Of a DNA stretch of 64,000 nt, positions 12,101 through 26,696 are shown one piece after another. The stretch is taken from NCBI GenBank assembly GCA_964304625.1, contig OZ199839.1, positions 7,976,297 to 8,040,296 of the forward strand, written 5' to 3'. The stretch comes from Kudoa neothunni. Taxonomy: Eukaryota; Animalia; Cnidaria. The stretch's first letter is position 1, and each line of letters starts with the position of its first letter. Under the pieces are notes generated by a model. That model saw nothing but the letters and a program-made list of their open reading frames with translations. It did not search any database and was not told where the DNA came from. The translations under genes and the position numbers were made by a program.

Positions 12101-14363
12101 ATGTTGGTCATTGCATTGTTAATCATTTCCCTCTGCTATAATGGTAAAATAAGCTGGAAGTGGGATTATCTATAATAGATATATTTAGTCCACTCACACA
12201 AATACTACGTTCAACGAGATCAAACCGAATTAGAGGATACAATCCATTTAAAACTTGAAGGAGTTTCTGGAAGTAAATGCAACGTTCAATTGTTGGAAAG
12301 AAACGAATTTTTCTATCACTATATTGGCAGTGAATCTGAAGGAAAACAGCTTAAGGATGTCCCTTGTGTCGGGAAATACACTATTCCAACTGGAGCTGCG
12401 TTTCCATTTTATTATGTACAGATAAGATCCGAATATGCAACTGAAACTCTTAAAATAATCCATAGTAATTCTATTTTTTGAATATTTTTTCTTAATTTTC
12501 TTGTAGTCACTGACAGTATTCCTCAAACTCAATTTAAAGTAAACGAAACCTCATCGAATTCACCACTAAAAATGTCTGCAGTCATCCTCAAACTTGTAAA
12601 CTAACAAGTGGTGACAAAGTCCTGGATGAGTTCACTCCAACCGCTGACACCGAATGCAACGCTGAAACCAAGCTCACGGGTTTTTTTGATTCAATCGGTG
12701 ATTCAGTCGAACTCTCTTGTGGTATCAACCAGCCAGAAATACACATGTATAGAAAAAATAACAAGGCTATGGAATTCAGTCCATTGGACAAACTTCCCTA
12801 TCACATCGAAAAGATCGGTACTGGAAACGATAAAATAAAAATTGCTTTTGATGAAGATATGAGAGATGAAATATGCAGATTTGAAATTAAAAATAAAGAT
12901 GATAATGATTATACATCAAGTTGTTCTGTCTCTACGGATACCACCAATTGCTATCAACTTTGCACAGACGTTGTAATGGATTTAAGTACTAGTGATACTT
13001 CAAAAAAAGATTTTAAAGTTAGAGTATCGACTAGAAATCATACGGGAGCAGAGAAAACTCTAAGAAGTAAAATCCTTGTTTAAATAATTTTATTTAAATA
13101 TCAATTAGTTGACAAAAGTAACCTAAGCGTAGCATCAAAAGAAACCAATGTAACTCTTTCTATCAATGCTCTTATAGATGATTTTGGGACTGCAACTTGT
13201 GCCATTGAGTTGAGAAAGAAGGAATTCCCTAAATTCAATATTGGCGTGAAATGCAATGCCGATTCAACTAAAGCATGCCCAACTGATTGTTCTAATGCTA
13301 CTATTCTTGATCTTGAGCCAAATACAAAATATATCGTCAAAGTGACTTACACAAAAAACGATGACAATTCTAAAACATATATTGCAGAAAAGTTATTTAA
13401 AACAGGTAATAAATAAAAATTAATTTATCTAAAATTTAATTAAGCTGACTACAATATAACGCAATTGCCTGAGATAAAAGCATATTACGAGCACGTAAAA
13501 ATGACTGTAGCACCGAACGTGGCTCTGTTTGACAGAGGTATACTGTAAAATTCAACAAAAAATGGTGGGCGAAACTGCTTTCAGTCCATCTGAATGCGAA
13601 GAATCGGTTGATTGTTCAGGTTTGTGTGGACAACCACTCACTATTAAAAACCTTTTTCACGATACTGAATACGAATTTAAATATTTATTCGGAAAGTACG
13701 TTAGTGACCTTGATAAAAACAAGGTGACAGTATCGACAAGTAATGTACAATATTAATTTCTCGATAACATTTATTAAGTTGCAACACTTCAAAAAATCAA
13801 TGTTACCCACACGTGGAATAACACCGATTTGATAGTCACAACAACAATGGAGCAGATGGACCCAGACCAAATTTGTGATTTTACATTCGCCCAAATAGTG
13901 GATGGAGTTGTCAAATACACTTACGGATTATATGATAAAACCACTGGATGGAAGGGAAAATGCAACCAAGAAATAACCTTTTACAACGCTGCTTCCTACA
14001 GAAGGGGCTCAATGAAAGTACAGGCCAGATACGTTAGTGAGCCGATCGTTGTGAGCCTTTGGGCTGGAGGAAATGAGGATAATTTTGATCCAAACTTTCC
14101 AGAAACTGGTAAACAAGGTAAATTGTATTAAATAACCATTAATAATAATCCTTTTTAGGCACTTCGAATAGGTAGGATAGTTTTATGTTAGAGTATTCAA
14201 TTAACTATTAACTTTAATTTAGCGCTAATGTTGGTGGAACCAAAATTCTGTACTATTATCTGTTCCCATACAGCTCTAATGATGATTTAGGTTGATTGTT
14301 GGTGGCGTTTTAATGGCACTGATGGTTTTCGCTATTGTTTTCTTGGTTTTGACAAAGAAATAA
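12101..14363 (+). CDS. Family B copy B1: Cys-rich FN3-like type-I membrane protein; two 1-nt frameshifts relative to B2 (pseudogene or assembly error)
   Basis: Signal peptide MLVIALLIISLCYNVHS. Same 8 introns as B2. TM ILLIVGGVLMALMVFAIVFLVL-TKK-TAA. tcatc vs tcaatc at ~12553 (-1) and gacagagg vs gacagag at ~13537 (+1). Confidence 0.8.
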
Positions 14364-15518
14364 ATCATATCTCATTATTCCATTGAATGAAATATTATTT
14401 GAATTTTTAGTATAATTAGCTAAGAATGAGATTTATGTTTGTGTTAAAATGATACATATTGGGTAATAAATGTTCATCGCATTTTATATAAAGACGCGCA
14501 TCAATTACAATGGTAAATTTTAGTATATTATCAAATATTTGTACCATTTGAATAAAGATAAGAATAAAATTAGTGTCACACAAGATTTAATAAATTACAT
14601 TAGTTTTGTACTATTTCTTTTCTTAAAAATGAAAAATAGAGTTATTTATTAGATAAATAAACACAAATATAATTTTTTTGTCATTAAATCTTATAGTTTT
14701 TAAAAATTTTAAGAGTATTTTATAGGTATGCTAGTAAATAGGAGGAAACAAATGTTTTTTAATACTTTAATTGAAACTAATATTTTACTATTATAAATTT
14801 GTTCATGTGATGTAATATTGATAAAATGAAATAAATTGATAACAGTTATTTATATTAATCGTTTGATTTCCTGGAGTTTTGTAGTACTCAGATTACTTTT
14901 TATTAAATGAAGAATTAAAATAAATTTGCATTAAGATAAAAATTCGCGACAAATTTTTATATGTAATAAATTAATGGGGATAATTAAAAAAACACCAATA
15001 TCAATAAAAGTTAATTTTATTGGGCTTGTGCAAGAAATATTACTTGGAATTTATGAAGTTGAATAATAAAGTTATTATATTTGACTGTGATTACTTTTTA
15101 CTTAATAAATATTTAATTAATTATCTACAATTTATGGTTAATAATTCTTGATTTTATTTTTGGATATTGGACCACTAAATTTGAACCTAAATCAAAAATA
15201 TATATTCATAATATATCAAATAGCCATTATGATCTTAAATAATTATCCCATCAGATAAAAAGAAATAACAACGTTCACTATTGGTTTGAGTCACTTTATA
15301 TATAATGATGTATGAATAGTTGGGTAGATACAAGTTATTTCCTGTTATTACCCACAATAAAACGCAAATTATCCCCGCAAAACTACATATGTAAAATCAT
15401 TCCTATCGCATCATAAAAAGATTATGCATATTTTTGTTAATCAACTTTTTAATTGGTACATGAATTAATGATACTTAATTTAGTATTTATATGTATGGAA
15501 TATTCTCATTTTTATATA

Positions 15519-15574
15519 CAGTCGAACTCCGTTTATCCGAAAATCGCGCTATCCGAATGATTTTTTAAAATTTA
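15519..15574. mobile_element. Truncated pogo/Tigger terminal inverted repeat at a rearrangement breakpoint
   Basis: TA|CAGTCGAACTCCGTTTATCCGAA is identical to 47958, but the sequence switches after ~55 nt to the inverted A4 flank. Confidence 0.7.
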
Positions 15575-17050
15575 ATATAAAAAAATGTTTAAGTGGTAAT
15601 GAAAGTTATAGGTCTAAGAAATCAAAATATTAGGAGAAATTCGCTTTCGTGGCAATTGACAGCCTCGACATGGGATTATTCGCTAGCGTGGTAATAGCCA
15701 CTGCCTAAATTAAATGGGATTAATTTTGAAGAGAAAAATGAGTTAATAATGTATAATGATAGTGCATTGAACGATACATGCATGCTATATAAAGTATGTG
15801 ATATAATTATTTAGTTTCATTTTGAATGAATAAAATATTAATTATTAATCCGGTTTTAATGTTATTCCCAAATCTAAAAATGTTTCTAACTATAGAATTT
15901 ATCCAGAAACTTAAAAATCAATTGAGAGTGCTTATATTGATAAATTTATCTATTTACTCATTTTAAGACACACGTGTACTACATGAAAATAATATTCGAT
16001 ACAACACTTGAATTTTAAATGACAATAAAAAGATTTAATGTTAGCCCATAAATTGTTGGTTTTCATAACATCAATTATTACGGCTTTGTAAACTTATCGC
16101 CTAGTTTAAAAACGATAAATATTTTAACGTATCTAAAAATTACTTTGAATATTAAATATGTGTAGTTTTAACTGATAAAATGATTTTCAACCTATAATCA
16201 GATAAAACAACCTAAACAAATAAGATTTATTATTACATTTAAATATAATTAATCGAATATTGAAAAAATTGGATTTTAGTTTTCCCATAATAAATGATAT
16301 AGAATAAAGACAGAAACAATTTTCGAAATAATAAATATGCATGAAAATACATATTCAGATTTTAAAAGTTATAGCTGAAGAAATACAATAGATAATTAAT
16401 ATCTATGATATTAATACTGTCTTTAAATCGAACGTCAGCTTGTGAAAGCATTCTTCTAAAATAAAAATCTAGTTTTTATTTTTCCAGTATCCGAAATAGA
16501 ATCCCACACCAACAACAATGATGAGCACTGGAACTACTACAGCAATAATTCTAAAATAGTTGATTAACAAGATATCATTATCAATAAGTACATTGTATTT
16601 TTCGACCTAAAATAAATAAATAAGCATTCAAAAATTTTATTTTACATGGATTTATTTGATTCATCATCTAATCGAAATATCAGAAATAATGACCAATAAT
16701 ATTCATTCAATTACCTTTCTGGATCTCGACAAAACCAGTGATATTGTTATCCGTGCTATGATACAACATTAAACGGTAATTGTTGGTGTTATCCACATTT
16801 GAAATTGTAAATTCCTTGCATGATGGAAAAACAGAACAACCTTGTTCACCAGTTGCCATGCATTTTTGGACGATTGGTTTGGTTGGATCATCCCAATTTT
16901 TCAATTCCCATTTGCATAACGACTGTTCATCAACGCCTGTAGGAAGAGAAGTTTTAACTTTTATGTTATCGCCTTCTCTTGTAAACACCACAGTTAATTT
17001 GATTGGATTATTAGTGGCGGTAGGCTGTGGATCTAAATTAAAATTTAATT
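15564..17050 (-). repeat. Inverted duplication of the A4 3' end and flank (~54735-56203)
   Basis: The reverse complement matches the last exons, introns, 3' UTR and ~0.9 kb of flank of A4. Confidence 0.9.
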
Positions 17051-19335
17051 AAAATATGAACGATATGAATTTAGAATTAGATGTTTTATTACTTATGGGT
17101 ACTTGGATGGTAGTTTCTGCAGATCTGCCAACAGCCGTAACTAAAACTTCATATTCCTTGTCTGCTTCGTATCCTTCCTTGAATATAATTTCAGTGCATA
17201 ATGGCGGTTGTGCACATGGAGTGATTTCTTTTTTTTTATTTGAAGATGGCACATTCTGTGGTTGCTGTCTATTAGTTGCCCTAGATACCGTTATTTTAGA
17301 TGGTTTAGATACGGAAGAAGGTGTCCCAATCTTTGTTGTAGAAGTCGGTGGTGGGCACTGATAGACCAATTCGGATTCTTGCCCTTTTTTTACGTTTACT
17401 TTATAGTGACAAAAAGCTGTAGGATATGGTGTTGACAGTACACCTGTCACTTTGAAGCCTTTTTCTATAAATTCCGATTGTAGTGTGAGCGTTGACAAAG
17501 CTTGGAACAATATTAGATATATAATTCGAGATCAATTATTTATATACTCGTTGTAATTTTGTATTCTTTTTCTCCATAATCCTTATGTGCAACAACCTTT
17601 AGGTCATATTCAGTTCCAGGCATTAACCCAATAATTTTTTGAGAATCCTTGCAAAAACCCCTGCAAGGATAACTATCTTCGCACATTGCACACACATATC
17701 CATCCTTTCCATGAGGGCTTATGTAGTAAGCACAAGTTTTGTCGGATTTTGTGATTGTTCCGCTTTCTCCTATTGCTTTAATTGATGCAGTTGTATCCGT
17801 TACTGTTGGAGTTGTTTCAGAAAAGGTTGGACCAGATTTCTTTGCTATATATTTATTTTAAACAATATTTTTTTCGATTATATTACCTGTTCGAAAGAAT
17901 ATATGTTCTTTAAAATCATTAGACATACCATTCGAATTCGGGGCTGCAATTTTAAGAATATATGGTTTTCCACTATCCAATCCTGTAATCGTAAATGCAG
18001 CACCACAATTCGCCTCACAGTCTATTTGGCCAGTTCCGCATTTTGCCTTTGCATCAACTGCAGGTTTAGGTTTGTCTGCCTCATAAAAAGTTACAGTACA
18101 AGTAGCAAATCTAGGTTCATTTTCTGGTTGAAAAAACGGAACATGTAGCTTAACACCAGTAAGTGAGTGTGTTGACAATAAGGTAGGATCGGCAGATTCT
18201 GTGATAACTATAAGAAGAATATAAATAAATAAAGCTTCATGTAATACCAAATTTTTTCTGAACATATCCGTCAAACGTGACGTCATTGATGGTCAATGGT
18301 AGATGTCTAGTTTGAATCAATATTTCAACAATAGATTTGGAGTCTTCAAATACGAGCTCAACATTATTACAAGGTGCATAACATTTATTCGTCGATCCAC
18401 ACACTGATTTGTATTCATTGTTACTTGCGGATGCTAACACTTCTCTTACACTGAAAAGACATATTTCAAACGGAAATTTGTTTGTAAACTTTAGCATATA
18501 CTTTGTCTTCACATTCGAACTATAGGTCACGTAATATTGTGGCTGATAAACATCAAAATTTAATAGGGTGTATTTATTTTGTAGGTTGTAAAAGAAGCTG
18601 GGATAATTATCGCATTTCATTTCGTAATGTGGAATCATCAAGTTAAACTCCATTTCACTTTCAATATTTGTAATGCCACTTCCCCCAGTTGTTCCCTCAT
18701 CATATTTCACGCCCTTGTAAAATATGGGACATTTCACCGAGTTACAAGTTTTGGTGCTAAATTTCAGTTTTTGGTCTTTTTTTGTTATTGTAACTTCCGG
18801 ATTGACCAATAATGCTAAGTGAAATTTACTGTAAATATCTGATGCTTCAATTACGCAACTCTAATCCAAATACAACCCCACGATTATTTTTTGCTGCAGC
18901 GGTTGCTGCTGTATTATCCGTAAAAACGGCAATATACTTTGTTTTCGGAGAAAACTTGTCAAAACCAAGCTTATTTCCACTTCTTGAGCATGCCCAAACA
19001 CATTGGTTAGTATTTGTTCCTTCAACATCACCAGGGCATTCGTTAATTTCAACAAGGTCAGTGTTTTCAGTATTAGATTTTTTGATATGGCAATTTTTCC
19101 CCGAAACATAATTATTTCCACCTAATATCAAATTAACCTCTAATTGATTATTCTGTTTCAAAAGTTTGTATTTTAAAGTATTTTCAGTATCAGCTGAATT
19201 TGGAGCATCTCGTTGGGCCACTTCTGTACTCATGAGCGGAGTGGAGGCTATATATAATTAGTTATATTTTTTGTGATTTTTATATATACATGAGAGGAAA
19301 GTGAAAATTCCTAAAAGGTAGACAAAGTCTTTCAT
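16469..19335 (-). CDS. Family A copy A2, apparently intact 10-exon gene
   Basis: ATG at 19335 (MKDFVYLLGIFTFLS). All domain exons I checked are open and in phase, with introns at the same positions as A3. TM exon ends WKNKN-TAG. Confidence 0.9.
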
Positions 19336-19850
19336 TATATTTTGCAAAAGATAAAAACGATAGCTGTCGTTCAATATGAAACTCAAAAAGTTGATCGGAT
19401 TATAATTCATATATTATATGTATACCCAGAATTAATGTTCGTCTTTAAACCAATGAAGCATCAATGCAAATATTCCGGAAATACTAATTCATCTTAACAA
19501 TTATTTTGACGGACAGTAATTTATTATCCTGAATATTAATTTAAAGTAATATTACGAAAATGAGAAACATTCATAATATCAGAAGGAAATCCAACCTCAA
19601 CTTTATCCCACACCATATATATCCATTCACACATTTCCAATAAAAAAGAAGAGAGGATATAATGTTTCCATGAAATTGATAATTTTATTAAGTTTCGTAA
19701 TCTTGGGAAATATTTTAAACAAAGTTCGATTGTTTTTGTGTACGTAAAAAATGTCTTGTCAATTCCAACGTATAGGCTCCATTAGATTATAAAGTAACTC
19801 AAACGTTAAATTCTACAAAATTTATTTTCTTAAAAAGGGTAAAATTAATC
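19336..19850 (-). promoter_or_regulatory. Conserved upstream region of family A genes (putative promoter/5' UTR)
   Basis: Alignable to 29850-30378 and 52080-52437, e.g. atatatggtgtgg-ataaa, ggatttccttct, tcatattgaacgaca-ctatcgtt, aaaatataATG. Confidence 0.5.
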
Positions 19851-20015
19851 TTCCTTTTATGTATAACCGGTAAGACAATTTTATATAAATCTATTAGAAT
19901 ATTCATAAAAAGCGTACTAAAAATTTGAACAAATATCTGTCCCCGAGCTTTTTTGAATATCTTATGAAATATTTTGTAGCATAATAATTTTTTACTTGTT
20001 GATGATTATTAATTA

Positions 20016-20375
20016 CTAGCGCAAAAGTCCCGCTTCTCTCGGGCTTCTTTGCCCAACCCAGTTAGGCTATGGTCTTTTAGAGTTCAAATTTAATGAAGTG
20101 TGCTTAGATAAATGGCACAAATATTACACCAAAAAATTAAATCTAATAGATTAACAAATGAACATAATCTTATTTTGTAGCGTTATAATAAACTTTTAGG
20201 AATTTTACATATGGTATACCATAAAATAATCCCTATTTAAATAGCACAAAAGTTACTCCAGACTTTATATAATATTAGTTTGATTCTATCAATATGATGC
20301 AGTCTTATTGATATAAGTATTAAATGTACATACACCTAAGGACACAAGAACTATATATATATATATATATATAGT
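20016..20375 (-). mobile_element. Short Helitron-like non-autonomous element
   Basis: Minus-strand 3' end: hairpin CCCG-agagaag-CGGG, 9 nt, then CTAG|T. The 5' end lies at the (TA)n tract at ~20352-20375. Confidence 0.5.
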
Positions 20376-22567
20376 CGATAGCATTAATACTGAGCTTTTC
20401 TCAGGGTTAGAATAACAGTTTACAGAGGCTCAATATTTTAGTTTTTAGGCGACATAATTTTATTAGAATTAAGGCAGGCAAAACGCTAAAAATTGTAATA
20501 ATAACAACAACATTGAATAGTAACACAGAAGTATAAGGGTTTTTATATAAAAAAGTAGTTTCGAAAAAATTTGTTTAGGTTTCCTTTAAATAATTTGAGG
20601 GTAGGATATGAAAAATCATTTGAATATGAAATATGATGAAGAATAAGTTGATTGTAAGGTATAATGCATATATTTATTGTGGAATATGAAGAATACGTAG
20701 ATTGTAGAATACGAATGAAAAATCAATTGGATTTCGCGTAATACGTTAATCGAATGTGAAGGAGGGAGGGGAGGAGGATGAAGAAAGAAGGGATTTGCAA
20801 ATTATGAAGAATTCAGTATAAATAATATTAAAAAAACAGATTACAAAATTAAAAACAACACTCAAAGAAACACGTAAGAAGAATGACAGCACTTAAAAGT
20901 AGCCATGATAAATCATTAGGTCAAACGTACCAAAAAAAGAGAGAGCAAAGGAAAGTAGATAGAAGAAAAATATGCTACGCCAACTGTATCGAACATCCAG
21001 AAAAACAGCGTCGAAAGACACCGAAAAGTTGATGGAAACACATTACGTCATTAGAATATCAGTTCCATCAAAAAGAAAACAAATGAAACGTTTGGTAGAA
21101 TAAAATGTGCCATGTCTAGAATTCTACCATAAAGAATGTTATTAAAGTAGCGCTAGTGGTAAAAATACTCATGACGTTGAATGTTTATAAACATGAGAAG
21201 AGTTAAGGTTTCTTGAGTTTTCATGAAAATTTGTCGGCTATACGAATCCCAGCTTGAAAGAGACATAACATGAAATGATACCAGTATTTTGAACAAGCAT
21301 AACGGTTATTTAGGCTCTAAAATATAATTATTCAGTTGCATATTTCAAAAAGATCTTATCTTAAGAATGTTTCGGTTAGTATCCACGTCTACCGAATAAA
21401 TTATACCGAAAAATAGAAGTCAGTAGTTATTCAGATTGAAAAAATTATCTGAAAAAGTAAAAAGTTAGTAAGCATGTTTGTCCGACCATTAAAGAAAGCT
21501 AATTGCATTAATGACCCTTTAAATTGAATTTGAGGACATATTTTGTATCAACTATACCTATATAATGAGTTAAAGAATAAATCAAGATTATGGCACATAA
21601 TCACTCTCTTCGCTTAGGTAGTTGAAAGTCATTTTTACCTTTAAAATGAATTTAAATAGAGCTGAGTGATAAGAAAAATATTGCTCAAAAAAGGAAAAAC
21701 TATCAATATTCTACATGTATGTTTATTCTTCTTAAAATAAAGAAATCGAAGCCAATGAGGAATTGCTAGAATATTTTAAACATTAAACAATTAGGATAAT
21801 AAGTAAAGTTAATTAATGCCAACATAATTTTTGTCAATCAAATGAGTTTAGCTCTACTCTTGAATTTAACAGAATCGCAATTTGAAAAATTAAAGTGAAC
21901 CTTATTCATTAAAATCTGCTCTTATCTTGTTACAAACAAGATTTCTCCTTAGGTTTCGCAGAAGAAACATAACTTTATTTGTTAAAAGTCGTAAATTAAG
22001 AAAAATCTTTAAAAGCACGATTATTTTTTATATTTAAGTGAAACATTCGTAGCATGTCTTTTAAAAAATACATCCGTTAGTATTTATAAAACTCATAAAA
22101 GTAAATTAAGCTTAATATAATTAATTAATTATACATCATTATAAAAGTATACGACCAATTTATTCGCCAGTTTACAGGTGATCTACGAAAAATTCTAGTT
22201 CTATCACCCGCCTATCCTCAAAAATAAGAGTCTATTTGACCTTTATATTGAACCTCAATGGGCTAAATTATTAATTTTTTATAATGTTAAACGTATTATA
22301 AGGAAAAGATGCGACATATATATAAGTTAGTAAAATTAACCAATCAAAGTTATTCCTATATGTATTGGTCGAGACAATTCACTAAAACACGTCTCGAATC
22401 TCTGTTTTAATGCGGATGACAAAATTAAATTAGCTATTGTGGGAACTCTTAAATATTAATGCTCTAATGAAGACACTTTTAATTGTAACTGTCCAACGTT
22501 TTATATGATAAGTAATTAATAGTCGTAATATATTATTACTCCCTTCATAGTATATAATGGAGGCTAA

Positions 22568-24855
22568 CCCTCTGGGACCATGGGGGATCTTTCGAGACCC
22601 AATTTTTCTTAAATCTGTGTTTTTACACATCAAAATTCTAAATTCTAGCTTATAGGTTCGTATGATCTCCTATAATTATGTCAAGTTTGTTTATATTAAC
22701 TTTCGTAAAAAAGAGACGGCATATATTCTGGTAAAAAATGTGTTCAATGTGTCGTCGGTTTATTAACACGCCTTAAAAACCATGCTTAAAGCGTAATATC
22801 AAATATTATCTTATTATATCGACATAAAGTAACTATAATGATACGAATGAATAAAAAATACAAGGATAACGTTATAGTTTTGATTTCCCTCATGTTGTAT
22901 AATAGGATTCCGATGATGTCAAAGGATAGTTCTAGGGATTCACGTTAATACTTACCAAAACGTGTTAATTTTCAATAATTAAGGACGGTATCATATTTTT
23001 GATGTTTTTATAGCTTTAATAAATGTTATCATTAATTTAAATATGATTCTTCAATTTTTCCTAGAATGCCTGTACATATTTTCTTTCTATATGCAGTATT
23101 ATCATAATGGATTAAATTATGCAATTTCGATTCAGTGTTGCAAACCGTGTCCGATATTTTCCATGTCGTATTTTGTCCGATTTTTACTCTTGTTCTTCGA
23201 AAGACTGAATAATCGCAAAACAAAGTTTCAAAGATACGGAATTTTTGTAAATTCACAAAGAATGGAATCTAATCGTTGCTGATTTCATTACGAGAAATCT
23301 TCGAGCAGAAAATTTTATACTTGGAACAATGCTTTATTCCAAATTAAAATGTCTGCAATAGAAGTTCACCAAGCACAAGATACAATTAAGAATTTTAATA
23401 ATTCTTAAAGCTCACGTAATACAAAAATTGAGCTTAGAAAAACATGCCAAAAATTTATCAAAATGAACACATTTCTAAGTTTTATATTCCTGTTAAGACC
23501 AATATTTTGGATTTTTTACCATTATTACCGGCAATACACAGTTTTATCATGACCATGAACCATTTTGGAATTATTACGAAGAGATTTTTGTGCTTGAATT
23601 TAAAAAGGACTGATGATGGTGATGGTGATGGTGATATCCAATTGTAATTTATCATTACAAGTGTTTGTTATCAATTTTCAAAAGATTCTAATTTTAGGTA
23701 TTACCTAAAAAAATGAAAATTTAACTAAATATTAACTACTTGATTAATTTTTCTTTATTTTGATGAATGAATGGACGCACATAAAAATGAAAACTCATCT
23801 AGGTATAGTTGTTACGTAAAATTCAAATGTCGAACGATAGACTGTAATAGAATTGTTTGAAATTAAAGGGATTGAATAGGCTCAAAAACAAAGTTTGTTT
23901 GACTAAATCATTACCAATCGCCTTTTTCGCCATTGTTTATCGGCAAATAAATTTAGATTCTATCGGAAAATACTGCACATCGTTATTTCCTCTAGCTCCG
24001 ATTAACGGTTCTCCGGAAAAAGTATTTTCTCCTCTGGAATTATCGAAATTATCACGAAAAATTGAATATTGTTCTTTACATTAGATAATCTTGTACTAAT
24101 GAGGAATTTTCTCAACACATTGACAAAATGATGTCATAAATTTGAGGTTTCTGAGTTAATTATAAATTAACGTAATATTTATACATATAATTAAATGTTA
24201 GTTCCTTCTTTACAAAAAACCTGATTTTGTCCGGCAAAAATTTTGCTGTATGTCCAATTTGGGTTGGCAATGCTGTTTCGATTCATCTTAAAATATTTAA
24301 TTAGTGTGGCGCAAAAGTAATTGAATGAAGAAAAGAATATATTAATTTTGAGTAAATATAACTTTATAAGAAAACCCCAAAAGTAAACATTAATTAAAAC
24401 TTGGACTATAACATACATTTTTATTCCGTGCAGTGAATTAGATCAAATATAATCCATCAATCAACGTAGAGACTACCGAGGTCAACTGTGTGTATAACCC
24501 ACGGGATGCATTATCGTTCGTGTTATTATTTGCGAAAAGAATATCCATGAAGCATTTATTTTATTTCCTATCGATCTAAAAGAATTTTAAGTATTTGTGT
24601 CTATCTTGTAACTTAGCAATAAGATAGATTGTAAGATATTATGTTGGTAATTCTTATTGAAATGTTCTTGAAATTTCCTATTGATTCACTTATTAATTTT
24701 ATTATTCGGATATCATTTTTAATAGTCATAAATATATTATTTAGAAATTTAAAAAATTAAGAGAAAATACAATCGTTATCATAGAAAACTTCTGGGGTAC
24801 CTGAGGTACCACCATGGTCACACGCGTAAGTTTTTTGAACACGGTCCTTCGAGGG
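22568..24855. mobile_element. Non-autonomous piggyBac-like element containing a hAT MITE
   Basis: Ends ctaa|CCCTCTGGGACCA and CGGTCCTTCGAGGG|TTAA. Subterminal GGGG..CCC palindromes. The motif CGCGTAAGTTTTT is shared (inverted) with the piggyBac end at ~58955. Confidence 0.5.
23133..24275. mobile_element. hAT-like MITE (CAGTGTTGCCAAC family)
   Basis: TIRs CAGTGTTGCAAACC / GGTTGGCAATGCTG. Perfect 8-bp TSD TTTCGATT. Close copy at 56292-57400. Confidence 0.9.
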
Positions 24856-25069
24856 TTAATGGATATAGGATCCGTGACATTAGCTATATATCATAGAATA
24901 AAATGACTATAAATACATACAATGTGTAAGTTTAAATAAATTATTTTTTTACAGATATTAATATTATTAAAAATTTACATATAAGCTTCCATCAAGAAAA
25001 AAATTCTCCACCCATGCGTAATTGCCTAAACGAACAAACACACACACGGACATTATTACTTTATATATA

Positions 25070-26251
25070 CTAGCCTGAACTGCCCAGCGTTGCTTGGGGA
25101 AGGTTTCGCCTAGAGGCGTTTTTTAATATCATTCAAAAAATATATTGAAATTTCGAATTAACCCATAGAGACAAAATAACTAAAAAATGTTCAGCAACAT
25201 TAACGATTTGGATTTCGAAATTTAAATCATGATCATTTCTGTGCAGGAGTGTATCAATCCTGGTTTTTAATTAACAATTTATTGTCCTGGCGTCAACGCT
25301 AAATAATTTATTGTCAGCGTCGTATTTTCTACATTTCAGAATTATTTAAATCTCGTTAAATGTTATCTAAAACGTTATTTTTTGGCCCAGGGGATTTTTA
25401 AAAGTAGAATTCTGGGCCTGCTCGGGAACTGTGTGCACCACTAAGTTTTTAAGAGATAATAAAATAGCAAAAGTAATAAAGATAGAAGATATCGTATGAA
25501 AATTAATTGATATTACTAAAATTAGCATCGTGTGGTCCGACATAAACATTAGTGCACTTTTACCGAACTGGCAGCTTAAAATCGCTTCAATATCGACAGG
25601 AATAATTTATATAATTAGAGAGAGTAAGCTTACAACCATCTTCATTGAATTTAATCATTGAAAGTACAACATATCGGACGATTTCAATGAAATCTACGGA
25701 CATCGTGCTTGTGTTATAAAGCTTCAATCTATCTGATTATAGAATTCCTTACCAAATCGCTGTTAATTATGCATACATAGACTTATTCTCATATTTTAAA
25801 CCATTAATAGAACTTCTAAAATATACTCAGAAAGTCAAATACGTTAAAACTCTACAAATAAAGAGTGTATTTGCACAAAACCCCAAATATACACGCCAAC
25901 ATTATATAAAAAGTCAGATGATATCTCTTAATTTAAATTTGACATAGTATATAAGGAGGAAAGTTAACTTCAACCGACCATCAGTAGGTCATAAGCAGAT
26001 GTTAATCTCGTTACTAGACTCAAGTAATCGAATAAACAAACTTTGAATCGACAAAATCATCATTTTTTAACACTTTTAGGGGCATTTGGTAGTGTGAAAA
26101 CGATTTAAAGATTTTTTGAAACATTGTGATTTTTAAAAAATTTTATAAATATCTCCCTATACGGAAAAAATTTGGGTGCACATGCGTACTTGCTGGCACA
26201 CACACGGACACTTCAGCTTTATATATATATATATAGTGGATAGTAGATAGA
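25070..26251 (-). mobile_element. Helitron-like non-autonomous element
   Basis: Minus strand 5' end: A|TCTATCTAC..(TA)nAAGCTGAAGTGTCCGTGTGTG. 3' end: hairpin CCCAAGC-aac-GCTGGG, then CTAG|T. Inserted between A and T. A second 5' end of the same family abuts it at ~25000-25069. Confidence 0.65.
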
Positions 26252-26696
26252 TTAATGTTTTTTTAATATAACAACAAGTATTTAAACATATAGTATGTTT
26301 ATTTATTTGTAACAACTTTAGTACAAAAATTATACTTTTTAAAATATTCAACCTAAATATAAGAAAATCAATCATTTAATTCAGGGATAAAATAAAATAT
26401 ATCCACACTAGGATAATATATAGCACCAGTTAGAAAATTTATGTTTTTATTAAAATTTTTAAATGAGGCAAACATTATTACTTCGTTAAATTATTTTTGC
26501 TTATAATTGTTTCATTAATTTTGGAGGTTCTGACAATATATAAATTCATTATTTTCCATCGGTTGTCATGAAGATCTAATTTTCTTAATTAAATACGTTA
26601 CGCAAAGTCAAAAATATGCTCAAAACATGCAGATACAAATTTATGTGCAATTCTATGTTATTTAAAATTATTCATTGACAACTTTTTTTTAAATTA

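Larger units (their letters stand above)
1..15574 (+). repeat. Segmental duplication unit 1 (A gene + TE nest + B gene), direct repeat of ~30945-48013
   Basis: Colinear similarity at an offset of ~30950 across A1/A3, the hAT/piggyBac/Merlin nest, B1/B2 and the Tigger TIR. The units differ by insertions (44698-46937, 47292-47540) and a deletion near 41850. Confidence 0.9.

Noticed and set aside
20700-21300. Purine-rich stretch resembling coding sequence
   Set aside because: There are stops in the frames I read and no recognisable homology or splice pattern.
23043-24084. Short ORFs repeated at 23043-23647 and 56322-56798
   Set aside because: They lie inside two copies of one MITE, differ by indels and have no recognisable motif.
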